Below, piece by piece: positions 47,612 through 60,609 of a stretch of DNA of 64,000 bases. The notes beneath the pieces are model-generated. The model was given only the letters and a program-made list of their open reading frames with translations. It had not been told where the DNA came from and did not search any database. The stretch is from Tubulanus polymorphus (lineage: Eukaryota; Animalia; Nemertea). The translations under genes were made by a program, and so were the position numbers. Within the stretch, counting starts at the first letter, position 1, and the number at the start of each line of letters is the position of its first letter. The stretch covers positions 3,675,814 to 3,739,813 of the forward strand of contig NC_134034.1 of NCBI RefSeq assembly GCF_964204645.1, given 5' to 3'.

Positions 47612-48692
47612 TCCTTTGGCTATGACAAGGAACCTGTGGTACACACTCCTTTGGCTATGACAAGGAACCTGTGGTACACACTAAAACAAGGAACCTGTGG
47701 TACACACTTGACCTGTGGTACACACTTACTAAAACAAGGAACCTGTGGTACACACTCCTTTGGCTGACGCAAGGAACCTGTGGTACACATACCTTTGGCT
47801 AACACAAGGAACCTGTGGTACACACTTGGCTAATGCAGGGAACCTGTGGTACACACTCCTTTGGCTAATGCAGGGAACCTGTGGTACACACTCCTTTGGC
47901 TAACGCAAGGAACCTGTGGTACACACTCCTTTGGCTGACGCAAGGAACCTGTGGTACACACTCCTTTGGCTGACGCAAGGAACCTGTGGTACACACTCCT
48001 TTGGCTGACGCAAGGAACCTGTGGTACACACTCCTTTGGCTGACGCAAGGAACCTGTGGTACACACTCCTTTGGCTGACGCAAGGAACCTGTGGTACACA
48101 CTCATTTGGCTAACGCAAGGAACCTGTGGTACACATACCTTTGGCTGACGCAAGGAACCTGTGGTACACACTCCTTTGGCTAACGCAAGGAACCTGTGGT
48201 ACACACTCCTTTGGCTGACGCAAGGAACCTGTGGTACACACTCCTTTGGCTAACGCAAGGAACCTGTGGTACACACTCCTTTGGCTAACGCAAGGAACCT
48301 GTGGTACACACTCCTTTGGCTGACGCAAGGAACCTGTGGTACACACTCCTTTGGCTAACGCAAGGAACCTGTGGTACACACTCCTTTGGCTAACGCAAGG
48401 AACCTGTGGTACACACTCCTTTGGCTGACGCAAGGAACCTGTGGTACACACTCCTTTGGCTGACGCAAGGAACCTGTGGTACACACTCCTTTGGCTGACG
48501 CAAGGAACCTGTGGTACACACTCATTTGGCTAACGCAAGGAACCTGTGGTACACACTCCTTTGGCTGACGCAAGGAACCTGTGGTACACACTCCTTTGGC
48601 TGACGCAAGGAACCTGTGGTACACACTCATTTGGCTAACGCAAGGAACCTGTGGTACACACTCATTTGGCTAACGCAAGGAACCTGTGGTAC
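47612..48692. repeat. 35-bp minisatellite, ~30 copies
   Basis: CAAGGAACCTGTGGTACACACTCCTTTGGCT(G/A)ACG. Confidence 0.97.
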
Positions 48693-51121
48693 TGCTCTGG
48701 CAGTGAATGGATTAAAATAAGACTTCTTTACTTAGCAACCAGTTAGAAAATGAATTGGTTTTAATTCTTATTCAAGTTATATCTAACTCAGAATTGGATC
48801 CGGGCGCTGATTTGATTGACAAGTATTAACTTTAAGTGGGATTAACTCGATTATTGAGTCAAGCTCTGGGTTAGATTTAGTGCTTGCCTATTGAAAACCG
48901 GCCCCTTGGGTTTTAAAAAGCCCTCCTTTGAAAATTTGCGGCCACTGGAAAAAGTTCAAAACTTTAATCGAGCACTTTTAGAAAGGTTACATATATGTAG
49001 TGTATACAATGCAATTAAAATGGTTATATCATTATTATATCATGTAAACGCGATATTCAAGGTTAAAAAAGTATTGAGAATATCTCTAGAAAGCTGGTCC
49101 CCCTCCTTCAAATATATTCATCGAAACCCTTTCGGTGCTGGCTAATTGTTAACCCGAAGTGCTGGGACCAGTTGCTCAAAAGTTGGTGAAAGATGATAAT
49201 TAGTGGATAGATACCAAAGTATCAATGAGCTTTTAATTGTCAATATGTCCACTGCTTAACTGTGACCAACCTTTAGAGCAACTGGCCCCAGGGGCCAGTT
49301 GCATAGTCGTGACTTAAGTCCGAAAGTGGTCTTAAATCTTAAGACCGGTCTTAACTTGTAAGATCGGCTATAGAACTAAGTTGGTCTTAGACTGGTCTTA
49401 AGTCTAAGCCGTGACTATGCAACTGGCCCCAGGAGATAATTCGAAAATTTTGGAAAGTACCCCAGTGTATTGGGCATACCGCTATAGTGCGTCTACTCTA
49501 CACTGTGGTGCAATGTATTATTAGTTACTTATATTTTGACAGGTGCTGCCATCTAGTAATAGAAACAACTAATTACATCTATACATCGCAGTGCGGTGTA
49601 CTATCAAAATCCTTGCCAAATTATACATCGCACTGAATGGGTTTCAATTCAATCCCAGGTTTATCGACCAGCCCGCGGTGTTATAGTCTGGTATCAAAAT
49701 TACCGCTGTTTGAACTCGGCCCAGTTTTATGGACTGGGTATCAAACCTATCCGTGGGGATAGATCCTTTAGATGGACCGAGTATCAACTTAGTTTTGGGC
49801 AATATTGTAAAAAAATCAAAACGTCCGTTAACGTTTCCGTAGTAACTTCACACCAAAATGCTTTTATACACATTACTTTAACTGATGTTGTGTTTTATAT
49901 CTGGTTCACTTTTCCGACAACTCTATTTTTCCCCAAATAATCCAGATTAGGTGAGCTTAACTATAATTGAAAATTTTTTATTTTTTGCGAGCGAGCAGTC
50001 CCTCTACGAACTTATTTTAAAAATCTTGGCCAAATTTCAGATTATGTTTTAACAGTGGACCAGGCGATATTGTGTTTTCTTTTCGTTTATTTTTAATGTT
50101 ATACCGGTAATTATTTGTTTATGTGGTGTGAATGGGTGCGCTGTATCGGTGGGGTCTAACGGGGACACTGGCCCCACTGGCAGTTGAACACGTTTAAGGG
50201 GGTAGAGCGCCCCTCCCTTCTGAGGGGGACGCTTCGGTGGTTGAGTTGTGTGCTTCATTTTATGTAAAATGTAACCATAAATTATAAAATAATAAAATAC
50301 ATGTTTACGAAATAGTAGAAAAAGTTAATGAGTTTTGCTGTGTTATAGATGTTTTACTAGGCCTACCTAGCCATATCTAGTTGTGGCAAATGTCCAAATT
50401 GGTCCAAATTCACCCTTATTGCTTATAAACCGCATGAGTTTCGTCATCTAAGCCTGTTTTGCCTTGACTCTGGCTAATATAAACCGGGTGAATTTCATTG
50501 GTCACGAATATTTGCTGCAAGTATATACTCGTATTTCCAGTGTCACTGCTAGTACTTCCTACTCACTGATACTTGCAATCCTGTGCCCGGGAAAGACACT
50601 CAGTTCCCGATTGGCCGGCAATGTGAACATTAACTCCGCTTTATTCTGGGATTATTCATTTATTACCTACGCATGAAATTTAAAATTTTCAACCCCCCCT
50701 CCCCCTGTACATTATTAAATCGGCCATTTTTCCATATATATTATGTATTACAGTACGCAATTGCACTGAACCCTCCCCCTCCCCTAATGCGTACGTAAAA
50801 AATGAATGATCCATCTCAATGCTCATTGGTTAATTTTGAGCGAAGGATATGTAATACAGTGGAACCTCATTACAATGAACTTCACGGGACAAGAAAATCT
50901 GTTCGTTCAGTTTTACATTTGTTGTATCTGAGTTCGTTATAACGAGGTTCTGCAGAGCACTGCAGATTTCTCATAAACCACATGAACTTTCATCAGATTA
51001 CCCAGAGTAAGCGGACTTTTACCCTACCTTGTACATCAATCCAAAGTGATCCAGATTAATTGCATAAGTCGAAGACGCAATTAATTTCTAGCAAGCTCAT
51101 ATTCAAATATCTGAATATTAA

Positions 51122-51401
51122 CCTTTCAGTGCTGAGTAATCTATATCCTATAGTGCTGGAGATAATTTGAAAATTTTGGATAATTTCACCCTAGTATGTT
51201 GAACAACGCGAATACCATTTTAGTGTGTCTACACCGCAGCGCGGTGTATCGTTAGTTACTGATATTTCACTATGTTTGACGTGTACTGCCATCTTTCAAG
51301 AGAGATAATTACTAATTACATCAATACACCGCAGTGCAGTGTACTATCAAAATCCATCACTGATTTATACACCGCACTGCGGTGTAGACACACTGAAAGG
51401 G
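51122..51401. mobile_element. piggyBac-type MITE, same family
   Basis: TTAA flanks, same TIR and body. Confidence 0.8.
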
Positions 51402-53374
51402 TTAAGTAATTGATTGTAGTCAACCTCACTGAAGCCGTCAATATATATCACTGAAGTCATATCTCTATTTTTAGTCCAATTCAAGTTACTAAGTGTAAGT
51501 CATCATTTGGATGATTTATCAAAATAACGCTGGTCCCATCTTCAACAACACTTAAGCGAATTAGACTATTTGTCCTGTCAAAAAACACAAAACATCAGAA
51601 ATGAAAATATAATAATTTCGTCCATTTATTAGAAGGTGTAAATATTTTCAAACAGCAATTTCGTGGTTACGAAACCAAAATCATTTTAAAAAAAAGTTCT
51701 TTAATACTTTGATGATTAGTAAATTTACGTAAAACTTTTACTGTGGAGTTTGACGCTATATAGTTTAATAGACAGTACCTAGTGTTATAGTTTACAGTAA
51801 AAACTGACTTGGCAAGAAACATTGGAAATGAACTTGAATTTATCTCAAGATCGAAACTTATGGAAGAACTGTGGTACATGTCCATACACTGAATCAAAAA
51901 TATAATTTGGCCATGGAAAAGGGTGGATAGAAAACCAGCTATTCCACCGGATGGCGTCACAAAATGATTTCCATTTCAACTCTTAACTTCTTTTAGGATC
52001 ACAAAACCCACATCGCAAGCCTTGAAAAACATATCAGATTCACTCTTATAATCAGTGAATGGTATCATTTCCATTGACAATTGATTTATTTCAGCGGAGA
52101 AAACTCATCAATTCTTTCTTTTCAATTTCATTTCAATTTGATCTTCACTTGCCACAAGTGGAATCCTCTACTGCTACACTAGTTGATGTCCTACTGCACA
52201 CTAGCGACACCTGGTGGATCCTTGCTTGCCACAAGTGGATTCCTTGATCACCATAGTAAAATTGGCAGGTCCTGATTGACATATATATAGAAATGCTAAC
52301 TTATAGTCCCTAAGCGTTTAGTTACCATACCCTGTATTATGCAAATGTAACACTCATCATCTCTACAGCCTAGTTCATTATCAGCATAAACATTTGAGTG
52401 AAGAAAGTATAAGAAATTCTAAACATAAAACACCGGATCAAGCATAGGTTTCGATGCACTACACCGTATCAGATATTCACTGTTGTATAGTGTGAGGTAT
52501 CAGGGGCAGATCTAGGGGGGTTCCAAGGGTTCTGGAATACTGCCGAGCCATGCCCCTTGGAGATGCCGCTAAATCCGTGGATTTGACGTAAAATTGTCCT
52601 TGTTTGGCATGATTTGGCGTAGTAAGTGCCCCTGAAAACCACAAGTTTGATGTTAAGTACCCTTTTTGCTATGATTTGACATAGAAAGTGCCCTCCCCCA
52701 TAATAGTGAGTGCCCTTATTCAATTTGGAGCCCCCTCAAGATAGGGCCCTTGATCTGCCCCCGCGTAGACAACATGTTTTATGTGTGCTCATATCTAGGC
52801 TATATATGTAGAACTACAAACTACCAAACATTTTGTTTTCAATATAAAGAGAAAACATCTCGGGCAAAAATCTGAACATGTGAAGTGTGGATGATCGGTT
52901 TTTGAAAGTGTGATGTTACAAATGTCTATTGTCTGGTGTTTTTAGTTCGATCAATTCAAAATGTGGTTGAACACACGCTGCGAAGAGTGGACGATCAGTT
53001 TTTGAAGGAATGAAGTTTTTGAAGAAGTATCTTCAGAAGAACCAGATTAAATCGGATCATTTTGGACCAATCAAATCATCGACAACTAACTCGAGAAAAC
53101 TGTATTAAACATGAAACACGACTGAGTACACCACAACATGTTACATAGTATACACCCCTCTGAAACTCAACCAGCCCTCTTAAATATCTTGTCCCTCTAC
53201 CAGAGAGTAGATATCACTATCTGCTGATAATTGCTATTAAATATATTGAGCTAATGTGAAAAATAGAACATCGTACCAAAATAAAGCTTTATACCGTCTG
53301 TTCTGTTTTCGGGGGTTATCGAAAGCCTCGCTGCTTCAATATAATACACCGAACAATGATTGTAGCCCCTTTAA

Positions 53375-53632
53375 CCCTTTCCGTGCTGACTAATCTATAC
53401 CCTATAGTGCTGGAGAAATTCCACCCTAGTGCGTGGAATAACGGGAAAAACACTATAATGCGTCTACACCGTGGCGCGGTGTATCATTAGTTACTAATAT
53501 TTCACTATGTTTGACAGGTGCTGCCTTTTTGAGAGATTATCACTAATTAAATCAATACACTGCAGCACGGTGTACTAGCAAAATCCATCACCGATTTATA
53601 CACCGCACTGCGGTGTAGACGCACTGGAAGGG
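53375..53632. mobile_element. piggyBac-type MITE, same family
   Basis: TTAA flanks, CCCTTTCCGTGC...GCACTGGAAGGG. Confidence 0.8.
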
Positions 53633-53918
53633 TTAATGAAATTCCAGCTTATACCAAAGAACACTGCTGACGTACATTGATAAACAGGCTGTAAACAATA
53701 CCCGGATTAGATCGGGATCCGGAATAAACCGATCCGAATTAAGCGGGTTTGACTGTGTTATATCTGAGAGAGTAGTGCAGCAGCAGGGTGTGCAGATCGA
53801 TAGAATGGTGGAACCTTGTTATAACGAACTCTGATACAACGATTCATCAGATATATGGCAAATATAGAATTTCGTCTCAAAGTAAGACAATTTAATCAAT
53901 TTAATATCGCTGGATATA

Positions 53919-54191
53919 CAGTCAACTCCCGATATACCCATGTCGGTGCAGAACGATTATGGTGGTATAGAGAGTATGGCGGTATAGAGAGTATGGCGGT
54001 ATAGAGTATGGCGGAATAGAGAGTATGGCGGTATAGAGGGTATGGCGGTATAGAGAGTATGGCGGTAGAGGGTATGGCGGTATATCGGTGGTGTTTTACT
54101 ATGTGTAAGTATAAGGATGTACATTGAGAAAACCTGGCAGTAGGCGGGGGTGGCCGTTTATGGGAGGGCGCGGTATATCGGGATTTGACTG
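53919..54191. mobile_element. Tc1/mariner-type MITE (TA TSD) with internal 17-bp repeat, nested in another MITE (~53806-54251)
   Basis: TA|CAGTCAA.TCCCGATATACC...GGTATATCGGGA.TTGACTG|TA; (TATGGCGGTATAGAGAG)~7. Confidence 0.75.
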
Positions 54192-54290
54192 TAACGAACT
54201 AACGAATATATTTTCTGGTCCCGCGAAGTTCGCTGCGACGAGGTTCCGCTGTACACGCAAAAATCTATCTCTTATTAATTTTACATTAAA

Positions 54291-55043
54291 TTAGTCGAAT
54301 AACTTCGATAGACGTTCGACGATCTCGCGGCCGCTATCGTACGGAACGACAGTCGCCTTCAACTCGGCGCATTCGGGCGCTTTCGATAAAACCATTTTGT
54401 GCAACGCGTAGTCCCTGCGCGCGAACACCAAGTCCGACTCGGCGAGCCGTAACGCCGGGCACAGGTCGTTCGCGCCGTCGCCGATGTAGACGATCTTCTC
54501 GAAGTCGACGCCGTCGGGCGCGGCGCGTCTGCGCTCGGCGACGAACTCGTCCATTATGTGACCTTTGCACATGTTTATCGTGCTCAGGTCGCACCAGTCC
54601 TGTTCGTGGTAGAACGCGATCTCCAAACGTCCATCGGCGTCGAACGACGCCGGGTTCGTGAATACGCGGTCGAAGACGCCGTCCTCGGCGCCGCGGTCGG
54701 CTAGAATCCAGCCGATGAACGTCGAATTTGAATCGGAGATGATCGCGCTTTCGACGTCCGACTTACGACGTCGCAAAAACGAAATCAACTCGTCCATACC
54801 GGGCGCTAGCGGCATGCACGCGACGTGATTCTTTAAATCGGCCTCGCCGACGCCGTTCGCGTGCAGGCGCTTGAATATCTCGCCCATGTAACGCGTCCAG
54901 TTGCGCTTCGTGTATAGATGTTCGATCTCGTCCGAAACGACGCCCCCTGGTAGCAGATCTTTCACGTAGATGTCGCTGTTCGCGTCGATTATCGTGTGGT
55001 CGAAGTCGGCGATGACGAGCAGTTTTTTCAGCAGCGGCGGCAT
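54291..55043 (-). CDS. PHOSPHO2: PHOSPHO1/PHOSPHO2-family HAD phosphatase (pyridoxal phosphate phosphatase PHOSPHO2-like), 250 aa, single coding exon
   Basis: HAD motifs DFDHT, IISDSNS, NMCKG, YIGDGANDLCP. True ATG (MPPLLKK) at 55043 follows an acceptor at ~55084; probable UTR exon ends at donor 55756. PHOSPHO1 vs 2 cannot be resolved by eye. Confidence 0.9.
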   Translation of the reverse strand: MPPLLKKLLVIADFDHTIIDANSDIYVKDLLPGGVVSDEIEHLYTKRNWTRYMGEIFKRLHANGVGEADLKNHVACMPLAPGMDELISFLRRRKSDVESAIISDSNSTFIGWILADRGAEDGVFDRVFTNPASFDADGRLEIAFYHEQDWCDLSTINMCKGHIMDEFVAERRRAAPDGVDFEKIVYIGDGANDLCPALRLAESDLVFARRDYALHKMVLSKAPECAELKATVVPYDSGREIVERLSKLFD

Positions 55044-55290
55044 TTTATCGACGCGTCCCGCGTGGAATTTCGTTGAAAAATTTCTGGAAAATAATTTACG
55101 ATAATGCGGTTGATTATTTAGGGGCGGATCCTCAGCCCTATATCGAGGGGGTTCCGATTGTATTATAAGGGCACTCACTATTAATTATGGGGCGGGCACT
55201 TTCTATGTCAAATCTTTCTATGACAAAAAAAGGTTACTTAACATCATCAAACTTGTGGTTTTCAGGGGTACTTACTACGCCAAATCAAAT

Positions 55291-55383
55291 TGTGAGATAC
55301 TATCAATTTGTGAAACGTCTTTAGTAATATAAAAGATTTATATTACTAAATAAGGACGTTTCACAAATTGATAGTGTCTCACA
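55291..55383. repeat. 93-bp palindrome in the PHOSPHO2 UTR intron
   Basis: TGTGAGATACTATCAATTTGTGAAACGTC mirrored. Confidence 0.8.
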
Positions 55384-58300
55384 GTCGGATGGAATAATAG
55401 GATATATATCTGTCATATCACTAGTAAGTGTCATATAAAATAAAAGTTTTAATTTTAGATTGAAAAACGAAGTTTGTCAGTGTTTTGTGAGGTCGTCGTG
55501 TGTGGAGCCAGCGGCCATTATCTTTTTAAACGTATCAGTACCAAGACATTTCTTCACGGATTTATTGCAGAATTACCACTCAGTCTCAAAACACAGATAC
55601 ACTATCATCAAAAACCCCAGCAACTGTATCCCAAGCCCATCGGCGAGTGCCTGTGGCCCAATGCACTTCCCGGGGGTCTAGGAACCCAGGGGTTAGCCAG
55701 GCTGATGGGTCAGCGGTTACAAATTCTAAAATCATCACGTTGATCAAGCGCTCACCTAGCAGCAACAACAGCAGCGAACATTAAAAACGCAGATCGATAC
55801 GATACGAGTAAAGGGGACGACGACCTTGAGATTCACTGCGACCTCACGTGCCACCGTTTAGTTTTAGTTCAATACAGATGTCGCTAGTGACTGGAAATTT
55901 TAACGGTCTCACGGTGAATGTCGATAATATAACGAAGAGTCGCCGTAGAATTAGAGTTACAAAGATTCCGAAGTATTTGTTTTGCATTTAGGAGTTGGAA
56001 ATAGTTGAAGGAGTTAAATTGGTATCGGTAGTAGTAGCTTTGCTAAAAGCGGACATTCTGCCGAAAGGCTACATTTTTCTTCACCAAAAGTAAGTATGAC
56101 GGTTAGTGGTTAGTGAATCTGCCTCTCATATCGATACTTTTTTTAAAACATGTGCGATTTGTTTTGAACGAAAACGAATGAGATGTTCCCAATGAGTGGA
56201 TATTTTGAAATTGATGCTCAAATTTTCTTAAGGCCGGTATCTGAGCGGACAACTTGAATGAACCCCCCGAACCCCGTAATATACGAGCCTACGATTATTG
56301 ACTCAGATAATGTAGCCCTCGTGCATGTAGTTGGCGCAGTCAACATAATTTCGTCAACTTTTTAGTAATCCTTTCGACTTTTTTTAGAATTTGAAAGTTT
56401 TTTTGAACGAGGACAACTAACCGGGAAAAGGTGTCACCAATGAGCGCACCTTGTAAATTAATGCTTAAACTTTCTTTTAAGCCGGTACGCACAGAGTGGA
56501 CCTTCGTCGATGAAGGGTTCGCTGAGATAGCAGATCTTTTGCCCATAGTTCTTCCAATAAGACATCTGCTATTTATGTATGTAGGCCTGCAAACTGGTAA
56601 CGATTGCTAAAAGAGATGATCGCCTAAACGCGTCACAATGAAGAACACTGATAAACGGAGCTAAAAAAAAATATTAAGCAAGATATCGCGAAAAAAAGGT
56701 CTCATACATTAATAAATAGACTTTAGTATGTCGATCTCAAGGTTGGTCTAGATGCTAAATGTAGGATAAACTGGGGTTTTCTAGGTTCGTACCCGTTCCT
56801 ATTGATACCGATGCTAATTCTGAGTTGACTGAATGTCGCAACAAGGAATCTATAAGTAAACACCTATATCCTAGCTTCGAACCCGGTTACTCACGGCTAC
56901 TCTCGGATTTAGTATAGTGGGCACCACGAGGTATTCCCCACATTTACGATGATTTGAAGACAACGACGTGGGCGTGGACTGTGTCGACACTTAATTTCGA
57001 ATCACAAATATACCAAGAATCAATACAATATATGATCTCTGCGATAATAGACGAGTTAAAAACAGTCAGTAGCGATAAAAGTGCAGGTTGAGAAATCGAG
57101 AACTAAGTATCGGGAAAGGTGAATCGGGGCTGGGTATTCAGAAAAATTACAAACATCACGTATTCTGGTAACGAATGGAACAACGGTTCAATTCAGCCTA
57201 AAAGAACGGTGAGCGAGTTCTGCCCATTGTGATATCGCTGACAAGTATATAAGATCGCTAGCACCAAAAGGGAAGAACTGCCGTCATTCAATGCTTGCCA
57301 AAATACTAATCAAATTACATGAATCAATGAAGCAGTGATAACATCGGATATGTTACGAAATCACAAAATACAAAACAACTAATGCAATGAATCTATATTT
57401 CATCAGATGATTATTCGATTAAATATAAATCTGAATAAATCTATGAACGAATCATCGAATGCGCGATCACTTCTTTGTGGTACCGAACTTGCATGTTCTT
57501 ACTTTGAACCGGCGATCTCTGAATAAACAAAAAAAAACAAAACAACATTCAATCAATGATTTGATCCAAATCGACTTGCTAAAACAAATTAACTTGTTTC
57601 TCATTTCTGTCGCGCTTAAAAGTTGACCCGGCTGGTCGCCTTGATCTGCCCTAACCCTGTGAATAACTTACTTTTTAGAAAACAAATCATGATCAAGAGA
57701 CCCGGCACAGGGGTGGATCTAGGGGAGATTTCAAGGTGTTCGGACCCCCCCTCAAATTTGAAGTGCCCTAAAAATGTCACCCCAAAATTTTTTGGACCAA
57801 GGTTTTCTTCCACCTATAATATTTTTTCAACGCATGAAATGACCGAAAGCACCCCCTAAAATGGTGAAGAACTATCCGGAGTACGTGGTGTTTCGTAAAA
57901 AGTGCCTTTTTTCTCATTGGACACCAACCCCCCATGGAAAATCCTAGAACCGCCCCTCCGGCAGCTATAGAAATGAACTGATTACACATCCTATTGCAGT
58001 TTAGATAAGTGACCCGGCCGATTAGGAGAAACAAGGTACCAACTTAGCCTAAACGCCCATTAGCGACCAGTTGAAACCGATCGTGTTTTGTCGCAACAAT
58101 CCATCATAGTTAATACCCCAAAGCCCCCTAAAAAAGATGTGACCAGTCAAAATGGTCCTCAAGGATCCGGACACGACACGATTTCTTCGATTCATGGGTA
58201 CCGGGGTAGTGTCTTTATTGGAAGAATAACGGTACGTAAGCTATGAGAGTAATTTGAAATTTCGAATCAAATGCTATCTTCTACCAATGAATGGGTCATC

Positions 58301-60216
58301 ATTTGCATCGAAACGTCAAAAGATTCTCATAGCTTTTTTCTTTTGGATGCGAGTTTATCTTCATCGATGCAACTTAATCAGCCCGGTTGCTATGGGCACT
58401 AGCCATTCCAACAATAGCGCTACCAGAGGATACTACGTGATTGAGGTCTCTATCCAAAGCGTTCAGATAACCTGTCCAAGCACAACTCACTCCAGCATTT
58501 GTAATCAGCTAAAAGAGATTATGAAAATGATATCAACTGTGGTCGATAACGGCGCGATAACAGTTTATCTGCAGCCATGCTTCCCGTGACTGCACGCTGC
58601 AGTGGACGTGCTCCGTGTAGTGATCAAAAGGAAGCGACTCCAAATCAATTCAATCAAGAAATATGAAATAACGCACATACCCCGCAGCAGGTCAACTTGA
58701 ATCTTCTGTGTTCGTAATAGTTGGAATGGATTGCGTACACCCCGGTTAGAATACCACCATTCGGGCAGACGTAGTTCATCTGGTTATCCATAGTATTCAC
58801 AAAATCCAAGGTGGCGCACTGATCGTTGACGTACCCAGCCCTACATTTGAATTCAAATCTTCTGTCTTCGTAATAGTTACTGTGGGTGCTTCTTATCGAG
58901 CGGACCAGTTGGACAGTGGAAATCTAGAACTCCGTCAAAATCATTAGCCCAGTCTTCAGCATTTACGTACAGTGAAGTAAACAGCAACACAACGACCACG
59001 GAATGGCAAAACTTCTGAAAAATGTTCAAAACATTATTCATAGTTTATCGTAACAGGACCGGTTTTGTCCTCATAGTCATATAACTTTGACACGGGGTTA
59101 GTTAGACTCGTAGTCAGTCGAGATTACCTTGAACCAGCTTGTTTGGCTCGCCAACTCACAAATTACTGCTGGTCTTTGTGTTTTAGAACCGCTCGATGCC
59201 CAGAAAATGAACCCAAATTTTCTTGTGGGAGGGCCCCAGACCTCCTAAGACGCTTTGTGCGGCGCCTGGTGCTAATATACCGGGTACATGTTTAAACACC
59301 AAGGTGCAGTTTTGGGCCCCAATTCCTGGATCCGCCCCTAAAAACGTGCCCTTTATTCCTCCTCAACCCTGAGACATCCGGGACACCGTTGGCCTATGAT
59401 TGATACCGGGCGAACGCAGTAGTTTGAACCTACTTGAAAATGATAACTTCAATTTAATTGTGCATCAATATATCAATTTCACTTACCATTTGCTATTTTG
59501 TTTCGACCACGTTCCCTTCAAGTTGCGATGGGGATTTGACGTCTGGGTAGTGTCAGAGGGGTTTTATTCATAATTCCTCATCAGACCGAACGAATGGGGT
59601 TAAAAATGACAAATTAAATGAGGCCACATTAACTGACTTTCTATGAATGAGGCATCTAATCATATTTGATCGAACAAATTGATTATTTCTACCGGTTCAT
59701 AATATTCCTATTAAGTGATTGATTCACGTCCAGACATCCTGTGGGCGTACGTAACATATTGTTCATATTCGCATTCAATGAACTTTCGGTAGTTTTGAAT
59801 ACAAGTAAAAATATTATATTTTACAATAAAAGCCTTTGTTTGATGATTATTTTCATTTTTGCTATTTGAGTAGATACGCATTTGGAGCAATATAGATCAT
59901 GATTTTTGACACAAAATGATTCACGTTAAAAAGTATCATTATTACGAATATGCGTATTACATTTGTGAATGATATCTCAAATAAATTGAAACAACGATCA
60001 CTTTCAATTAAAAACGCTTTTGTTTCCTACGAGGTTATTTTGAAATCAAATGAATACACCACATGTTGCGTTTACCAAAAGCAATGCTAAAATCTGCTCT
60101 AAGAGTCCCGCACAAACTTTTGATCGAATTAGATGTCGAGATATGTATAGATGCATGTCCTTTACCAAGAGCTTTTAAGTACTCCAGTTGACAGTGGTGG
60201 ATCCAGGAGCCTATTT

Positions 60217-60609
60217 CACCCCAGTGAAGTTCATTACTAGTTCCTTATTCCCTAGCTTATTCCGTTACTTATTGAGAATTCATCTCCCAATAAAGAACAA
60301 GGAAAAAGTAACTTGTTCCTTATTCAGTTTTCACCTTTACTGGTTCAACTTCGTCACCGGTTCATCCGTTACTTATTGAGAATTCATCTCCCAATAAGGA
60401 ACAAGGAACAAGTTACTTGTAATAAGTAACGAGAAAATCTGAATAAGGAACAAGTTACTTGTTCCTTGTTCCTTATTGGGAGATGAATTCTCAATAAGTA
60501 ACGAGAAAATCTGAATAAGGAACAAGTTACTTGTTACTTGTTCCTTATTGGGAGATGAATTCTCAATAAGTAACGGGACAAGGAACAAGTATTGAACTTC
60601 ACTGGGGTG
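60217..60609. mobile_element. Foldback element with internal direct and inverted modules
   Basis: CACCCCAGTGAAGTTCA / TGAACTTCACTGGGGTG; GTTACTTATTGAGAATTCATCTCCCAATAA twice forward, twice reverse. Confidence 0.75.

Noticed and set aside
47612-48692. CRISPR-like appearance of the 35-bp array
   Set aside because: No unique spacers, no cas genes, eukaryotic context.
55044-55178. 45-aa N-terminal extension of the phosphatase ORF
   Set aside because: GTG start, crosses a splice acceptor into repeat-like intron; family homology starts after ATG 55043.
56300-59100. Possible hidden gene or decayed element
   Set aside because: No recognisable ORF, splice chain or termini by eye; would need BLASTX or RNA-seq.
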